Shown: positions 1 through 13,401 of the stretch, one piece after another
How positions within the stretch are numbered: position 1 is the first letter of the stretch
Layout of the letters: every line of letters starts with the position of its first letter
Source of the DNA: Squalus acanthias
Lineage: Eukaryota
Reading direction: 5' to 3'
Assembly (NCBI GenBank): GCA_030390025.1
Contig: CM059431.1
Span: 119,290,001-119,354,000, forward strand
DNA length: 64,000 nucleotides
Program-made: the position numbers and the translations under genes
The notes under the pieces: model-generated
Seen by the model: the letters and a program-made list of their open reading frames with translations, nothing else
Database searches by the model: none
What the model was told of the DNA's origin: nothing

Positions 1-167
1 TCTAAGAAAATTATAGTAATGCAGTGTAATCAGAGATTTAAATATTTTTAATAAGATCTCTCCACTGCAGTTCTCAGAAAGTCATGTAGTCCTCAAGGCA
101 CTGAAGAATGTGCCTTAGCAATAAAGTCTTGGCCAAGGTGTAATAATCCATTCTATTGGAATTATCA

Positions 168-352
168 GGGCCAATCTTAACTTAAGCCGTCTGTCGGGAA
201 ACTGATGGGATCGTGTGCAACGCTGGTTTGACACCCTCACCGATTTTACTCTCTATTGGAGTCAGTGGAGACTGCTATTTGGTGGGGTGCAAAACCGGCA
301 TTCCATCCGATACCGTGGGTTCCCCGGCCAGCGAGTTAGGTTAAAATTGCCC
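168..352. mobile_element. Small PIF/Harbinger-type MITE
   Basis: Imperfect terminal inverted repeats (TIRs) gggccaatcttaac / gttaaaattgccc, flanked by the 3-bp duplication TCA (165-167, 353-355). Confidence 0.65.
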
Positions 353-379
353 TCATGTTGGGCAAGTTTTGGATTGTTA

Positions 380-3013
380 GGGGGCGAAATTCATTATAGC
401 CCAGGAATGGGCGCTAACTTCTGAAAAGTTTGAGATTTAGCGCCAGGCGCTAATGAATCTCGCTGCACACAAAATTCAGTGTCATCGCTCAAAGAAAGGA
501 TGGGAGCGCTGAATCAAGCGCTAATGACCTAGCTCAGTGGCGTTAGACTCGAAGCACTAAACAATTTCAGGTGCAACCTAATCGCTAGTCATCATTGCCA
601 CAGGCTCTTTCCAGTTCTTAAAGGGGAGGTTCAATCATGCTGCAGAACCTCATTCTCAGCATTGCTGCTTCTGCAGCTGTCTCAGCAAGAAGCAGAAGGC
701 CCAGGAGAAGGAACCGGACCACTGAAGGAGGTGTCATTATGGCAGATCAACGGCCCAGGGAGAGAGCTCGCAGATTCTGCGACCAAGCATTGGAGGTGTG
801 GTCTTCGCTGTGGAGAGACGGAGGACGGTGCTGTACCCGGCAAGTGGCAGGTGGCCCTCGCCACAAGTCTTCCGCGCCATGTGGAGGGAGGTAGCCCAGC
901 AGGTCTCGGGCAGCACTGTGGTCCCCAGGACCCACACACAGTGCAGGAAGAAATTAAACAACCTCACTCGGGTGGTCAGGGTGAGTCAATGCTTCAACAA
1001 ATGCTACATACCACCATCTGTACCACAGTCTGCACACACTGCCCAAAGCACCACACCCCCAGCACTGACCCACCAACAATCTCTACCTACCAACACTCAC
1101 ACCGACATCTCACACCTTGCACACAATAACATCTATTCAACTATGGCAGGCACATCTCCCAAACACATTGCTCCACACTCACTTTCCTCTCTCTTGCAGG
1201 CCAAGCTCGCTAACAACAGGAGGGAGCAGGAGCGCACAGGTGGGGGACAAACCGACACCCAACCACTGTCTGATCTGGAGAATAGAGTGTTGCAAATCAT
1301 TGGGCGACAGGTGGCGGGTGCCGTGGCCACCGGCGACATTGACCCCTTTGGGGACAACAACGGTACATTCATCCCTGCTCCTTCTTCTCACAGCCCACTT
1401 CTCTCTCAGCCCACAAGCCTTTCCCACTTTCCAGCTAATCTTGCTGTATTCATGCCTTTCCCACTTTCCAGCTAATCTTGCTGTATTCATGCCTTTCTCC
1501 CTTCCTGCCCCCTCCCCTCCCCTTAACCTGACTCTTGTGCCTTTATCCTTTCAGATAATCAGCAAGCACCTGAGCAGTCTGTCCCTGAGGGCACCGTAGA
1601 GAGCGAGGTGGGAGAAGAGGAGGAGGAAGAACACATCGTGTCACTGCATGTCTCACCTGCAGGCACCAGCTCAGGTACTGGCACTACGCATTCTTTAGAG
1701 GCTAGTATAGTAGTGGGATCTGCACAGGGTGATGTACCGGGGATGAGCGGGCTGCAGCAAGGCCAGGGAGAAAGGGTAGCTCGGGAGTCAGCTCCCCGGA
1801 GGGCGAGTTTGCGTGCTCGTTCTGCTGCATAGGACTCAGATGAGGACCTCGATGAGGAGGTCTTTAGAAGAAGGGTGATGGGCATGTTCACGGAGATGAT
1901 AGGTACAATGGAAAGGGTGCATGGGAGCTTCTTGGCAATGGTAAGGAACGTGGAGGAGTCCACCTCCAACATTGCACAGAGCTCTGCACACACCATGGAG
2001 CCCATCATTTGCAGTCTGCAAAGGATGGTGAGCTCCCAGAGAGACCGTGGCGACCCAGACCTCATGCCACATGTGATGGGCAATGTCGCAGCTTCTATTG
2101 CAGCACAGGCGGAAGCTACACAATGTCTTAATGCTGTAATGCAGTCAGTGGTTGCTGCCATCGATTCTCAGACTGCTCTCATACAGTCTCAGCTTGATGC
2201 CACGCAACTCTGACTGCTACCATCATGGCTGGATCAACCACCGTCCACCAAGGCTTTCATAGTGTTGCAACAGGCCAGCAATCTGTGCTCCAGTAGATTG
2301 GTAGTGATGCTGAGGTGCTGCCCCGGGGGAGTGCCAGTGGGTCAGTGGAGCAGGAAGCTGCTGTCCGCTCTCAGGATGACAGCATTCCTGCTCTCACCAC
2401 TAGCACTCCGCCATTGTCCTTGTCACTGCCTGTCATCCAGCCAGCCCAGACTGCTGCCGCCCATGCTGCGGTGGTGCAGTCTACAGCCGGGCCTTCCAGG
2501 CCCACAGCTGGTCGAGGGCGTCCTGCAAGGCCACCTGAAGTCTCCCGCACGGACACTCAACAGCCTTCCACCAGCCGTGCTGCAGCCATTGGGCCAATAC
2601 TTCGTAGGAGCACTAGAGTAGGCAAAGGCACAGTAACGAGAGGCACTAAGGGATTGCACAAGGGTGAATATCTAATATTGTTGTAGTAAATATGTGTTCA
2701 CAGATTATTGATAAATTTATTAATTGGCTTTGGATGATTTTGTGGTGTCTCTCATTTCAGCTTTGCACTGTGATATGGCCTGCGACAGGGATGGAATGAT
2801 GGGATGTGGTGAGCAACGGGGATCTGGGGTTTAATTTATTGGAACCGCAGTCTGATGAGGCGGGCACAGACTGCCCTTCTGGAAGGCTGCTTGAGTGGCT
2901 GCCTCCTTCCTCGCTCCTGTTGCTCCTCCTCCTCCTCCTCCTCCTCCTCCTCGTCTTCCTTCTCGTCCTGGTCCTCCTCCTCCTCTCCCTTATTTATCCC
3001 GAATTTCTCTCCC
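380..3013 (+). mobile_element. Internally deleted PIF/Harbinger transposon retaining the Myb/SANT gene and only the 3' tip of the transposase
   Basis: TIRs gggggcgaaattc (380-392) and gaatttctctccc (3001-3013), 11/13 match. TSD TTA at 377-379 and 3014-3016. The acidic C-terminal tail of the transposase (EEEEEE...RARLIRLRFQ-like) is on the minus strand at ~2836-2990. Confidence 0.85.
739..2686 (+). pseudogene. Harbinger Myb/SANT-like DNA-binding protein gene, 3 exons, degraded
   Basis: ATG at 739 (MADQRPRERARRF...), then a frameshift to ...MWREVAQQV...RTHTQCRKKLNNL, a Myb/SANT motif. GT-AG introns at about 981-1199 and 1363-1554. Exon 2 reads AKLANNRREQERTGGG. Stops at ~1830 and ~2211. Confidence 0.8.
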
Positions 3014-3954
3014 TTAAAGTTTAACATGCCCACAAAACCCTTACTTGTGCTGGGTAAGTTTGAAAGAAATAAAAAAACTTGCACATAAATAACACCTTTC
3101 ATGTTCTCAGGATATCCCAAAATACTTCAAATCAACGGAATTACTTTTGAAGCCAAGACACTGTTGTTTTGTTGGCAAGAAGTTCACCACTAATCAGCCA
3201 ATTTTCTATTTACTGACCAGAACAATTCTGCTTCTGTTGTGTGTTTCTATTTGTATTTCACTTCTAACATAACCTATAAGAAGAGAATGTTATCAGGCGG
3301 ACCAGACCAGCAGCTGTATGCACCCAGACAAATGTCAAATTACACAGTAGATTAGTTGACCTTCCAAGGTGCTGCTACATGTAGTCTGAGGGCGAGGACA
3401 TGAGTTACCATGGATCCTGGGAACTGTGCTTCAGTTGTTTGGCACCGTTCCTGTGTTCTGGGGTCGGCTTCTTTTCAGATCTACCATGCCATCACCCATG
3501 GGCCCCTAATAACGAAGTTCATATTACAAATTAATAATGAAATACTAATTAATTAATTACTAAATTCAGTGATTTAACGATTACATTCAGCCGCAAGTAA
3601 ATTATTAAATTATGTCCTTAAGTATCACACAGTAAAATTAACCATACAGCGGATGTGCCAAAGCTATATTTCACACATCCAAGTCCTTAATGTCCACCTC
3701 AGCCTTTATTCTTCACATCCCAAGCTTCATAATATTCATATCCATATGCTTTTTTAAGTTTTATGTTCCAAGGTAATACAAGCAGAAGTAACTCTTAAAG
3801 GAACCAACAGCAGAAACAAATTACACTAAAAGGAGGTAGGAGAGAGGAGCTAAGTTAAGCTAAGAGAAAGTAATATTCAATAAAGGTGTCCATTGAGGCA
3901 AGCTGGTATTAAAAATGATTCCAAAGGAAGCAAAAAGTAAACGCAGTAAACAAA

Positions 3955-4335
3955 ACCAACAACTTGTATTTATATAGTGCCTTTAATGTAGTAAAACATC
4001 CCAAGGCGCTTCACAGGCGTGTTATAAAACAAAATTTGACACCGAGCCACATAAGGAGATATTAGGGCAGATGAACAAATGCTTGGTCAAAGAGGTAGGT
4101 TTTAAGGAGCGTCTTAAAGGAGGAAAGAGAGGTCGAGAGGCAGAGAGGTTTAGGAAGGGAATTCTAGAGCTTTGGGCCTAGGCAGCTGAAGGCACGGCCG
4201 CCTATGGTTGAGTGATTAAAATCAGGGATGCTCAAGAGGGCAGAATTAAAGGAGCGCAGAGATCTCGGGGGGTAGTGGGGCTGGAGGAGTTTACAGAGAT
4301 AGGGAGGGGCGAGGCCGTGGAGGGATTTGAAAAAT
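3955..4335 (-). mobile_element. L2-type LINE 3' end
   Basis: Minus-strand ORF2 C-terminus (KSLHGLAPPYL...LRS...GGRAFS...PKL) followed by the L2-type tail (plus strand acttgtatttatatagtgccttt). Confidence 0.8.
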
Positions 4336-4495
4336 TGTAAAATCAAAAAGTGAACACCAGAGATAATAAAATCAAACTAAAGGAGGGCAAACAAGAGAAA
4401 CAAGACTGAAATGGCAACATCTAGGAGAAGTAAAATTAAGATGGAGGCTTTGGGTTATGTTGAGTGTGGAATGTTCGCAAGTGGGAAAACCATAT

Positions 4496-7400
4496 GGGGC
4501 TAGAAATTAATTATAGCCCAGGAATGGGCAGTATTTATAGAAAAGTTTGTGGGAGGGAAATTTGCTACGGCTCTTCGGGGGGGTTTAAACTAATTTGTCA
4601 GGGGGATGGGAAAAAGGGCTGTAGTCCACGAGCCAGAGGTGAGTGTAGGGAGGTACTGAGGAGGGTATCAAGGTCGCAGGAATGTACCGGCAGACAGGAA
4701 GATGGCTTGAAGTGTGTCTACTTCAATGCAAGGAGCATCCGGAATAAGGTAGGAGAACTTGGAGCGTGGATTGGTACTTGGGACTACGATGTGGTGGCCA
4801 TTACGGAGACATGGTTAGAACAGGGACAGGAATGGTTGTTGGAAGTTCCGGGGTATAGATGTTTCAGTAAGAGTAGGGAAGTTGGTAAGAAAGGTGGGGG
4901 AGTAGCATTGTTAATCAAGGATAGTTTAACAGCGGCAGAAAGGCAGTTCGAGGGGGATCTGCCGTCTGAGGTAATATGGGCTGAAGTTAGAAATAGGAAA
5001 GGAGCGGTCACGTTGTTAGGAGTTTTCTACAGGCCCCCAAATAGTAATAAAGATGTGGAGGAAGAAATTGCAAAGCAGATTATGAATAGGTGTCATGGGT
5101 GACTTCAACTTTCCAAATATTGATTGGAACCTTTATAGGTCAAACAGTTCGGATGGGATAGTTTTTGCACAGTGTGTGCAGGAGGGTTTCCTGACACAAT
5201 ATGTGGATAGACCGACAAGAGGTGGGGCCACGTTGGATTTGGTACTGGGTAATGAACCGGGCCAAGTGTTTGATTTGTATGTGGGAGAGCACTTTGGAGA
5301 TAGTGACCACAATTCGGTAACTTTCACTATTGCAATGGAGAGGGATAGGGCCATACGGCAGGGCAGGGTTTATAATTGGGGGAGGGGTAATTATGATGCG
5401 ATTAGGCAAGAATTAGGGAGTATAAGATGGGAACAGAAACTATCAGGGAAAGGCACAAACGAAAAGTGGAGCTTTTTCATGGAGCAATTACTGCGTGTCC
5501 TTGATAGGTATGTCCCTGTCAGGCAGGGAGGAAATGGCCGAGTGAGAGAACCATGGTTCACAAAAGAGGTTGAATGTCTAGTCAAGAGGAAAAAGGAAGC
5601 GTATGTAAGGATGAGAAAACAAGGTTCAGTTGGGTCGATTGAGGGGTACAAGGTAGCAAGGAATGAGCTAAAAAAAAGAGCTTAGGAGAGCTAGGAGGGG
5701 GCATGAGAAGTCCTTGGCGGGTCGGATCAAGAAAAATCCCAAGGCTTTTTACTCTTATGTGAGAAATAAAAGAATGACCAGGGTGAGGGTAGGGCCGGTC
5801 AAGGACAGTAGTGGGAACTTGTGCATGGAGTCAGAAGAGATAGGAGAGGTGATGAATGAATACTTTTCGTCAGTGTTCACCGAGGAGAGGGGCCATGTTC
5901 TTGAGGATGAGAGTGTGATAAAGGTGGATAGGCTGGAGGTGGTAGATGTTCTGAGGGAAGATGTTTTAGCAATTTTGAAGAACCTGAGGGTCGATAAGTC
6001 CCCTGGGCCAGATGGGATATATCCTAGGATTCTTTGGGAGGCAAGGGAGGAGATTGCAGAGCCTTTGGCTTTGATCTTTGGGTCCTCACTGTCCACGGGG
6101 ATGGTGCCAGAGGACTGGAGAGTGGCGAATGTTGTTCCTCTCTTCAAGAAAGGAAATAGGAATGACCCTGGTAATTATAGGCCGGTTAGTCTTACTTCGG
6201 TGGTTGGTAAGATAATGGAAAAGGTCCTGAGGGATAGGATTTATGACCATTTGGAAAGGGGCAACTTAATCAGGGATAGTCAACACGGATTCGTGAAGGG
6301 TAAGTCTTGCCTAACAAATTTGATTGAATTCTTTGAGGAGGTAACTAAGTGTGTAGATGAAGGTAGAGCAGTTGATGTCGTATACATGGATTTTAGTAAG
6401 GCGTTTGATAAGGTTCCCCATGGTCGTCTCATGAAGAAAGTAAGGAGTTGTGGGATAGAGGGAAATTTGGCCGATTGGATAAGTAACTGGCTAACTCATA
6501 GAAGGCAGAGGGTGGTGGTGGATGGAACATTTTCGGACTGGAGACCAGTTACCAGCGGTGTGCCACAGGGGTCGGTGCTGGGTCCTCTGCTGTTTGTGAT
6601 TTTTATCAATGACTTGGAGGAGGGGACTGAAGGGTGGATCAGTAAATTTGCTGATGACACCAAGATTGGTGGAGTAGTGGATGAGGTGGAGGGCAGTTGT
6701 AGGCTGCAAAGAGACATTGATAGGATGCAGAGCTGGGCCGAAAAATGGCAGATGGAATTTAACCCTGATAAGTGCGAGGTGATTCATTTTGGTAGGGCAA
6801 ATTTGAATAAGGATTACAGGGTCAACGGCAGGGTTCTGAGGAATGTGGAGGAGCAGAGGGATCTGGGGGTTCATATCCACAGATCTCTGAAGGTTGCCAC
6901 TCAAGTGGATAGAGCAGTAAAGAAGGCCTATGGTGTGTTAGCGTTTATTAACAGAGGGTTTGAGTTTAAGAACCGTGAGGTTATGCTGCAACTGTACAGG
7001 ACCTTGGTGAGACCACATTTGGAATATTGTGTGCAGTTCTGGTCACCTCACTATAGGAAGGACGTAGAAGCATTGGAAAGAGTGCAAAGGAGATTTACCA
7101 GGATGCTGCCTGGTTTGGGGGGGGAGGTCTTATGAGGAAAGATTGAGGGAGTTGGGGCTTTTCTCTTTAGAGCGGAGGAGGATGAGAGGCGACTTAATAG
7201 AGGTTTATAAGATGATGAGGGGGTTAGATAGAGTGGATGTTCAGAGACTATTTCCTCGGGTAGAGGCAGCTGTTACAAGGGGGCATAACTATAAGGTGCA
7301 TGGGGGGAGATATAGAAGGGATGTCCGAGGTAGATTCTTTACTCAGAGAGTGGTTGGGGTGTGGAATGGACTGCCTGCTGTGATAGTGGAGTCGGACACT

Positions 7401-7972
7401 TTAGGAACTTTCAAGCGGTTATTGGATAAGCACATGGAGCACACCAGAGTGATAGGGAGTGTGATAGCTTGATCTTGGTCTCGGACAATGCTCGGCACAA
7501 CATCGAGGGCCGAAGGGCCTGTACTGTGCTGTACTGTTCTATGTTCTATGTTCTATAATTAGCGTCAGGCGCTAATGCTTTCGACTGCATGCAAAATTCA
7601 TTCTCACTGCTCAGAGAAATGATTGGGGCCTAGCTTAGTGATGTTGCACTCAAAAGGTGGACCAATATCGGGTGCAGTCTAATCTCAGCTCATCATTGCC
7701 ACAGTCTTTTCCTAGTACTTAAAGGGGAGGTTCATTGGTACTGCAGCACCTCATTCTCAGCATTGCTGGCAGTGCACGCTCACTGATGTCATGATCTGCC
7801 TGGAGTTGAAGTCCCCGGCGGTTCCTCGTACCGGCGGCACAATGGGGGGGGGGGGGCGGTATTTGCCGTGAGATGATTAATTCGCCTCGCCCCGGCGCTA
7901 CTGCATCAGCACCCCATTAGCACTCTCTGCAGGTGCTAACAGGAGGCGCTAACCTACCGAATTTTTCTCCCC
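4496..7972. mobile_element. Harbinger-derived non-autonomous element split by a CR1 insertion
   Basis: 4496-4550 and 7556-7770 match the left end of the 380-3013 element (ttatagcccaggaatggg...; ttagcgtcaggcgctaatg...; ttaaaggggaggttca). The right TIR gaatttttctcccc ends at 7972. Confidence 0.7.
4552..7555 (+). mobile_element. CR1 LINE, 5'-truncated, near-complete ORF2 (APE endonuclease + RT) with frameshifts
   Basis: Endonuclease motifs NARS, ITETW, GDFN, SDH. RT motifs [39 protein letters not shown]. Frameshifts at ~5095, ~5680 and ~7120. Tail (gttctat)n. Confidence 0.95.
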
Positions 7973-8830
7973 ATTTACCTAAAAAGCAAAACTGTTCATT
8001 GATCAGTAAGCTTAAAGAAAGGGTTAAGGCCTTGGCTAGCACGGCACAGAGGCAATCAAAAATGGGGGGATTTTTGAGGGTGAGTGGATAGTATTAGACT
8101 CAGTAAGGTGAGAAATTGCAAGTCAATGATATGACCAGGCAAACATGAAATCTTGACAGTGAACTATCAGGGGCTGGAGATCAGTATAACCCAAAAGATA
8201 AGGCTGTGCTAATATAGAGACTAGTGCTGAGAGAAGCCAACTAAATTGGGATATTGAAAAAAAACAGAAAATACTCAGCAGGTCAGGCAGCATCTGTGGA
8301 GAGAAAATCAGAGTTAAAGGACCGAGGCCTAGAAATTCGGGGGTTTAGCGCCACCTGTTACCACCAGATTCGGGGAAAAAAATGGCGGCGGCCACTCTTC
8401 CACCTGTTGCTGGCAGGTGCCACGGCGGCCGCCATTTTCAGATGGCTGGCAGCGCTGCCGATGTCGGCGCTTGCCATAATTATGTAAATGATGCAGATTG
8501 TGACGTCGGTGAGTGTGCACCACTCAATTCAAGCCCGGACTGCGAGTTTGGAGTTCGCAGTATTACTTACCGACATGCCTTAAGTGTGACGAGCTGAGCA
8601 AGTGTTGAGAAGCAGGACGTCGGCTCCAGCAACAGTATTTAAAGGGATCATCAGCAACTACTTGCAGCTGACATGTTTGTTCAGTTTGACTGGCTCTGTG
8701 GAACTCTCTGCAACTCCAGCAGCTTTATTAACTTCTTTCAATGTTCTAAGGTAACAGGGAGTGTTGTTGCAAGTGGAGAACCCCTTCATTCTTATTTAAA
8801 TGCTTCTGCTCACAACACTTGCTCACAGTC

Positions 8831-9989
8831 ATGGGGGCTGTACTGGCAGTCCCCCTCGCGCTCGAGTATTTTAGGGAGTGGGAGCGGAGGCAGCGAAGAA
8901 GATAAGAGGTGCACAGAGGGAGGAGGAGGAGGGCTATGAGGGCTCTCTACAGGTCTTACCCACCTAGGGTCTTCAGAGAACACTTCCCAGTGTATTAGGA
9001 GGCTCCACTTCACCAAGGAGGTGGTCACAGAACTCTGCCACCTCCTGCAGCCTGAGAGCAGGGCGACCACAGGTCTCCCTGTGGCCCCCAAGGTCACATG
9101 GCCCTTAATTTCTTCGTCAATGGATCCTTCCAATCTGCAACAGGAAACAGCTAACATCTCACAGTTCACCATCCATTGCTGCATCCGGGAGTTCACTGAG
9201 GCTCTATACACCAGGAGAAGACACTACATTTTCTTCTCACTGAGCAGAGAGAAGCAGGATGAGCATGCATGTGGCTTTGCCAGGATAGTGGGCTTCCACA
9301 TGGTGCAGGGCGCTATCGACTGCACCCACGTCGCTTTGCGTGCGCTGCATAACAATCCTGAGATCTTCTGTAACCACAAAGGCTACCACTCACTTAATGT
9401 GCAGTTGGTGAGCGACCACGCCCAGCGCTTCCTGATGGTCAATGACCGCTATCCTGGCAGCAGCCATAGTGCCTTCATCCTGCATCAGTCCAGTGTGCCA
9501 GCAATCTTCCAGCCACCACATGAAACTGGAGGGTGGCTGCTCGGAGACAAGGGCTATCCGCTCTGCACTTGGCTCATGACTCCCCTCTGCAACCTCACCA
9601 CTCGTGCCCAGCACTCATATAATGAGAGCCATGCCTCCACCAGGAACATCATCGAGCAGACCGTCACGCAACTGAAGCAACGGTTCCGCTGCCTTGACCA
9701 CTCAGGAGGAGCCCTCCAGTACTCGGTGGAGTGGGTGTCCCATGTCGGGGTGGTCTGCTGCATGCTTCACAACTTGGTCATCATGAGGGCGCAGACCTTG
9801 CCACCAGGGATTGCAGGACTACCTCAGGAGGAGGACGAGGGAGAGGAGGAGGAGGAGGATGAGGAGGAGAAGGAAGAGGAAGATAGGAAGAGGAAGAGAA
9901 TGAGGAGGATGAGAGGAGGCAGGCATCCAATCTCCCTTCTGGATGGGCTGTCCGTGAATGCCTCATCAGACTCCAATTCCAATGAATGA
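8831..9989 (+). pseudogene. Harbinger DDE transposase (HARBI1-like), frameshifted at the 5' end
   Basis: Motifs VQGAIDCTHV, KGYHSLNVQLV, YPGSSH, WLLGDKGYP, RNIIEQ, LKQRFRCL, plus an acidic C-terminal run. Confidence 0.9.
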
Positions 9990-10139
9990 AACACTTAGAT
10001 CCCCATTGTTCACCACATCCCTCTGTCACGGAATATCACAGCATCCTCCTGGGCACACAGCTGAAATGAGAGCCACCACAAAAGATTCCAAATAAAATGA
10101 ATAAATTTAGCAAAAATCAATTTACACATACGATAACAA

Positions 10140-11530
10140 CTAATCACCCTTGTGCAAACCCTTAGTGCCTGTCGTTCGGCTGCCCTTTCCTGCTCTAGTG
10201 CTCCTACGAAGTGCTCCCCCAGTGGCTGCAGTGTGGCTGGTGAGTTACCATGGGGGAGACTTCAGATGGCCTTGCAGGACGACCTCGAGCAGCATGGGCC
10301 TGGAAGGCTCAGCTAAAGACTGCACCGCTTCCACATGGATGGCAGCAGACTGGGCTGGCTGGCTGACAGGCAGCGACAAAGGCAATGGCAGAGTGGCAGT
10401 GGTGGGAACAGGAATGCTGTCATCCTGAGAGAGAACAGCAAGGTCCTGCTCCACTGACCCACTGCCACTCCCCCGGAACGGCGCCTCAACATCCCTACCG
10501 ATCTGCTGGAGCACTGATTGCCGCGCTGCTGCGACACCCTGCAAGTCCCGGTCAACGGTAGTAATCCCAGCCACAATGGCAGCAGTCTGAGCATGGGTGG
10601 CATCAAGTGGAGACTTCATGAGAGCAATCTGTGCTTCCGCTGCAGCACTAAGACGTAGGGTCACTTCCGCCTGTGCTGCAATGGCAGTTGCGACACCGCC
10701 CAACACACACAGCATCATGTCTGTGTCGAGATGGTCTCTTCAGGAGTTTTCCATCATTTCCAGTCTGGAAATCCTGGGCTCCAAGCTCTGCGCAGAGCCC
10801 CGGCCAATGTTACAGGTGGACTCCTCCACGCTCCTTGACATTGCCAAGAGGCTCTCTGCCAGGCTTGCCATTGCACCTAGCATGCCCATCACCCTTCTTC
10901 TGAAGGCCGCCTCATCGAGGTCCTCATCTGAGTCCTGTGCAGCAGAACTCGTGCGTGAACTCGCCCTCCGGGGAGCTGGCCCCCGAGCTACCCTATCCTC
11001 TGGCCTTGCTGCAGTCCACTCGTGCCCGGTGCCTCATCCTGTGCAGATCCCGCTTCTACACTAGCCTCGAAAGTATGTGCAGTGCCGGTTTCTGAGCTGG
11101 TGTCTGCGAGTGACAGATGCAGTGACGTTGTGTCTTCATCTTCTTCTCCACCCTCGCTCTCCTGCATCGCCTCAGGGACAGGCTGGTCTGGTGCTTGGTC
11201 TTGGTTAGCTGAAAGCAGAAAGGCACAAGAGTCAGGTTATGGTGAGTGGAGGGGGCTGGGGTGAAAGCAAGATCTGCATGCATACAATGTCAGCAGCTTG
11301 AGAGTGAGAAGCGATCGTGGGATGAGGGGGAAGTGGGATGTGAGAAGAGGGATTAGGAATGAGCATATCGTTGTTTTCTCCAAGGGCTCCAACCTCACTG
11401 GTTGTCATGGCCTTTATAATCTGCTGCCCGATGATCTCCAGCACTCGCTCCTTCAGCAGACTAAAGTCCTGGATGGCAGCTTGTCCCCGCCTGTCTGTCA
11501 CTGCTCCCTCCTGTTATGCGTGACCTTGGT
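10140..11530 (-). pseudogene. Harbinger Myb/SANT gene, exons 2-3 remnant
   Basis: Homologous to 1200-2686 (KVTHNRREQ, GSGSGSVEQDLAVLSQDDSIP...PLSLPVSQPAQ). Exon 1 is missing. Confidence 0.75.
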
Positions 11531-11747
11531 GTACAAGAGAACGGGAAGTGTGTGTGAGTGTGGTGCAATGTGCTTGGGTGATGTGCCTGCCACAGTTGAA
11601 TAGCTGTCAGTGTGTGCAAGGTGTGAGATGTGGGTGTGAGTATTGCAGCAGTGCTTCCTCTGCCGTCTGCTTCCAGGTGAAGTTGGAACTTGATTGACAA
11701 TGAGGGGCTGTAGCATCAATGCACCTTCCCTTTAAGTGCTGAATAAA

Positions 11748-13367
11748 GAGCTAAAAATTCGGGGGTTTAACGCCACCTGTTACCGGCAAAAAGTTGCATT
11801 TAGAGGGCGGCCGCCACTCTTTTGTCAGCTAGTGGCGGGTCCCATGGTGTCCGCCATTTGGCAAGACCCGGCAGTGCTGCTGGTGACATCCATCGCCCTG
11901 CAAATCTCTCTCTCTCTCTCAAATGGAAATGAAGGAGAGGTGACGTCAGTCGGCGTGCAACAGCGACTTAACGTCACTACGGCAAACTTGGAAACTTGGA
12001 CCTTTGTGCTGAGTTCACACTGGGTCCTAAGCTCGCCATGTAAACCTAGCATTCAGCAGACTGACAGGCGCTGTCAGCACCTCTTAAAGGGACACACACA
12101 TCTTTCAGGTAAGTTTGCATTTAAGCTTTTGGACTGTGTTTTTTTTGATTTTATTGAAATAGTGGCTTGCTCCAATACGTGTTAAACGTTTTTTAAGTGT
12201 GTAGGGAGTGCTGCTGGATGCTTGTAAGGCCTCGGATGGTAAAGGAAGGCTGTGAGAAGACAGAAAATGCTGCAAATACTCAGCAGGTCAGACAACATCC
12301 GTGGAGAGAGAAACAGAGTTCACCTCTTGGGTTAAGATGCTGCCTGACCTGCTGAGTATTTCTAGCCTTTTATGCTGTCATTTCAAATTTATAGCACCCG
12401 CTCGCTGAGGGAAGAGCAAGATGCAGAAGAGTAAGAAGCAGAAGAGGAAGAAGCCAAAGAAGAGGAAACAGAAGAGGAGGAAGCCGAGGAGGAGGAAACA
12501 GAAGAGGAGGAAGTCAAAGAGGAGGAAACAGAAGAGGAGGAAGTCAAAGAGGAGGAAACAGAAGAGGAGGAAGCCGAGGAGGAGGAAACAGAAGAGGAGG
12601 AAGCCAAAGAAGAGGAAACAGAAGAGGAGGAAGCCAAAGAAGAGGAAACAGAAGAGGAGGAAGCAGAAGGATGCAACCACTGCTCTGAGGTCATGAAGTT
12701 TCTTTGGGCACTGAAGCCAGGTCATGGGGGCAACACTGCTGGCAGTGATGGCCTAGGTGATGTGGTCCCACATCATTCTTTCTGAAGGGCCTCCTGGCCC
12801 CTGTGGATAGAGGACTTCTCTACCAGTGTTGACCCCTACACAAAGCTGGAGTGTTGCGTGCGAGACCCTGGGTGCCCCTTCCCTGGCTTGCTGAGCCATT
12901 TATGTTAGTGCTGAGGCACTTTGCCCATTTTTTGAGGTTCAGAAGGGAATTCAGCTTTAAGAGCTGAAGACTCCCATTTGGGACTTCTTTTTAATGTTAT
13001 TTTTTTTTAAAAGGCAGTAAGGGCTGAAAACTGCAATTTTTCACTTCATTTTTATTTTATTAGTTCAGAAGGTATTGCCCTTTTAATGCATTCCCCTTTT
13101 AATTTCCCACAATGCCTAGTGAACTCTATTGCTTAGCTTCCAGAGGCTGTTGGAACATCAAACGTCACTTCTGGATGGCAACTTCGACTCCCATGTCTGC
13201 ACGAACACCACCAGGACGGCATTACATGGTAAGTTAGCACTGGGCTAAAAATCTTTAGGCCTGAGTGCAAATTTTTCTCCTGTAGCGCTTCGTCCATTTT
13301 CAGCAGCCGTTAACCCGAGGCCACGGTGACACCGGCAACTCTCGTGGCAGCCACGAATTTTTAGCCC
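11748..13367. mobile_element. Non-autonomous Harbinger deletion derivative
   Basis: Left end gagctaaaaattcgggggtttaacgccacctgttacc matches 8326 onward. Right TIR gaatttttagccc. Contains a Myb exon-1 remnant on the minus strand at ~12680-12899 (...WLQCPKKLHDLR). Confidence 0.7.
12436..12668. repeat. 30-bp purine-rich tandem repeat (~8 copies)
   Basis: Unit ~agcagaagaggaggaagccaaagaagagga/aac. Reads as poly-Glu in one plus frame, consistent with an expanded acidic tail of the Harbinger transposase. Confidence 0.9.
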
Positions 13368-13401
13368 AAAGCCTGTGCCAAACAGGACTGTGAATTAGTC
13401 T

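Larger units (their letters stand above)
8324..11735 (+). mobile_element. PIF/Harbinger transposon (transposase +, Myb/SANT gene -), right end truncated
   Basis: Left TIR-like ggcctagaaattcggggg. Convergent transposase and Myb-like genes homologous to those of the 380-3013 element. Confidence 0.85.

Noticed and set aside
12378..12725. Lys/Arg-rich, Ser-rich and Phe/Leu-rich ORFs
   Set aside because: Alternative-frame readings of the 30-bp purine repeat.
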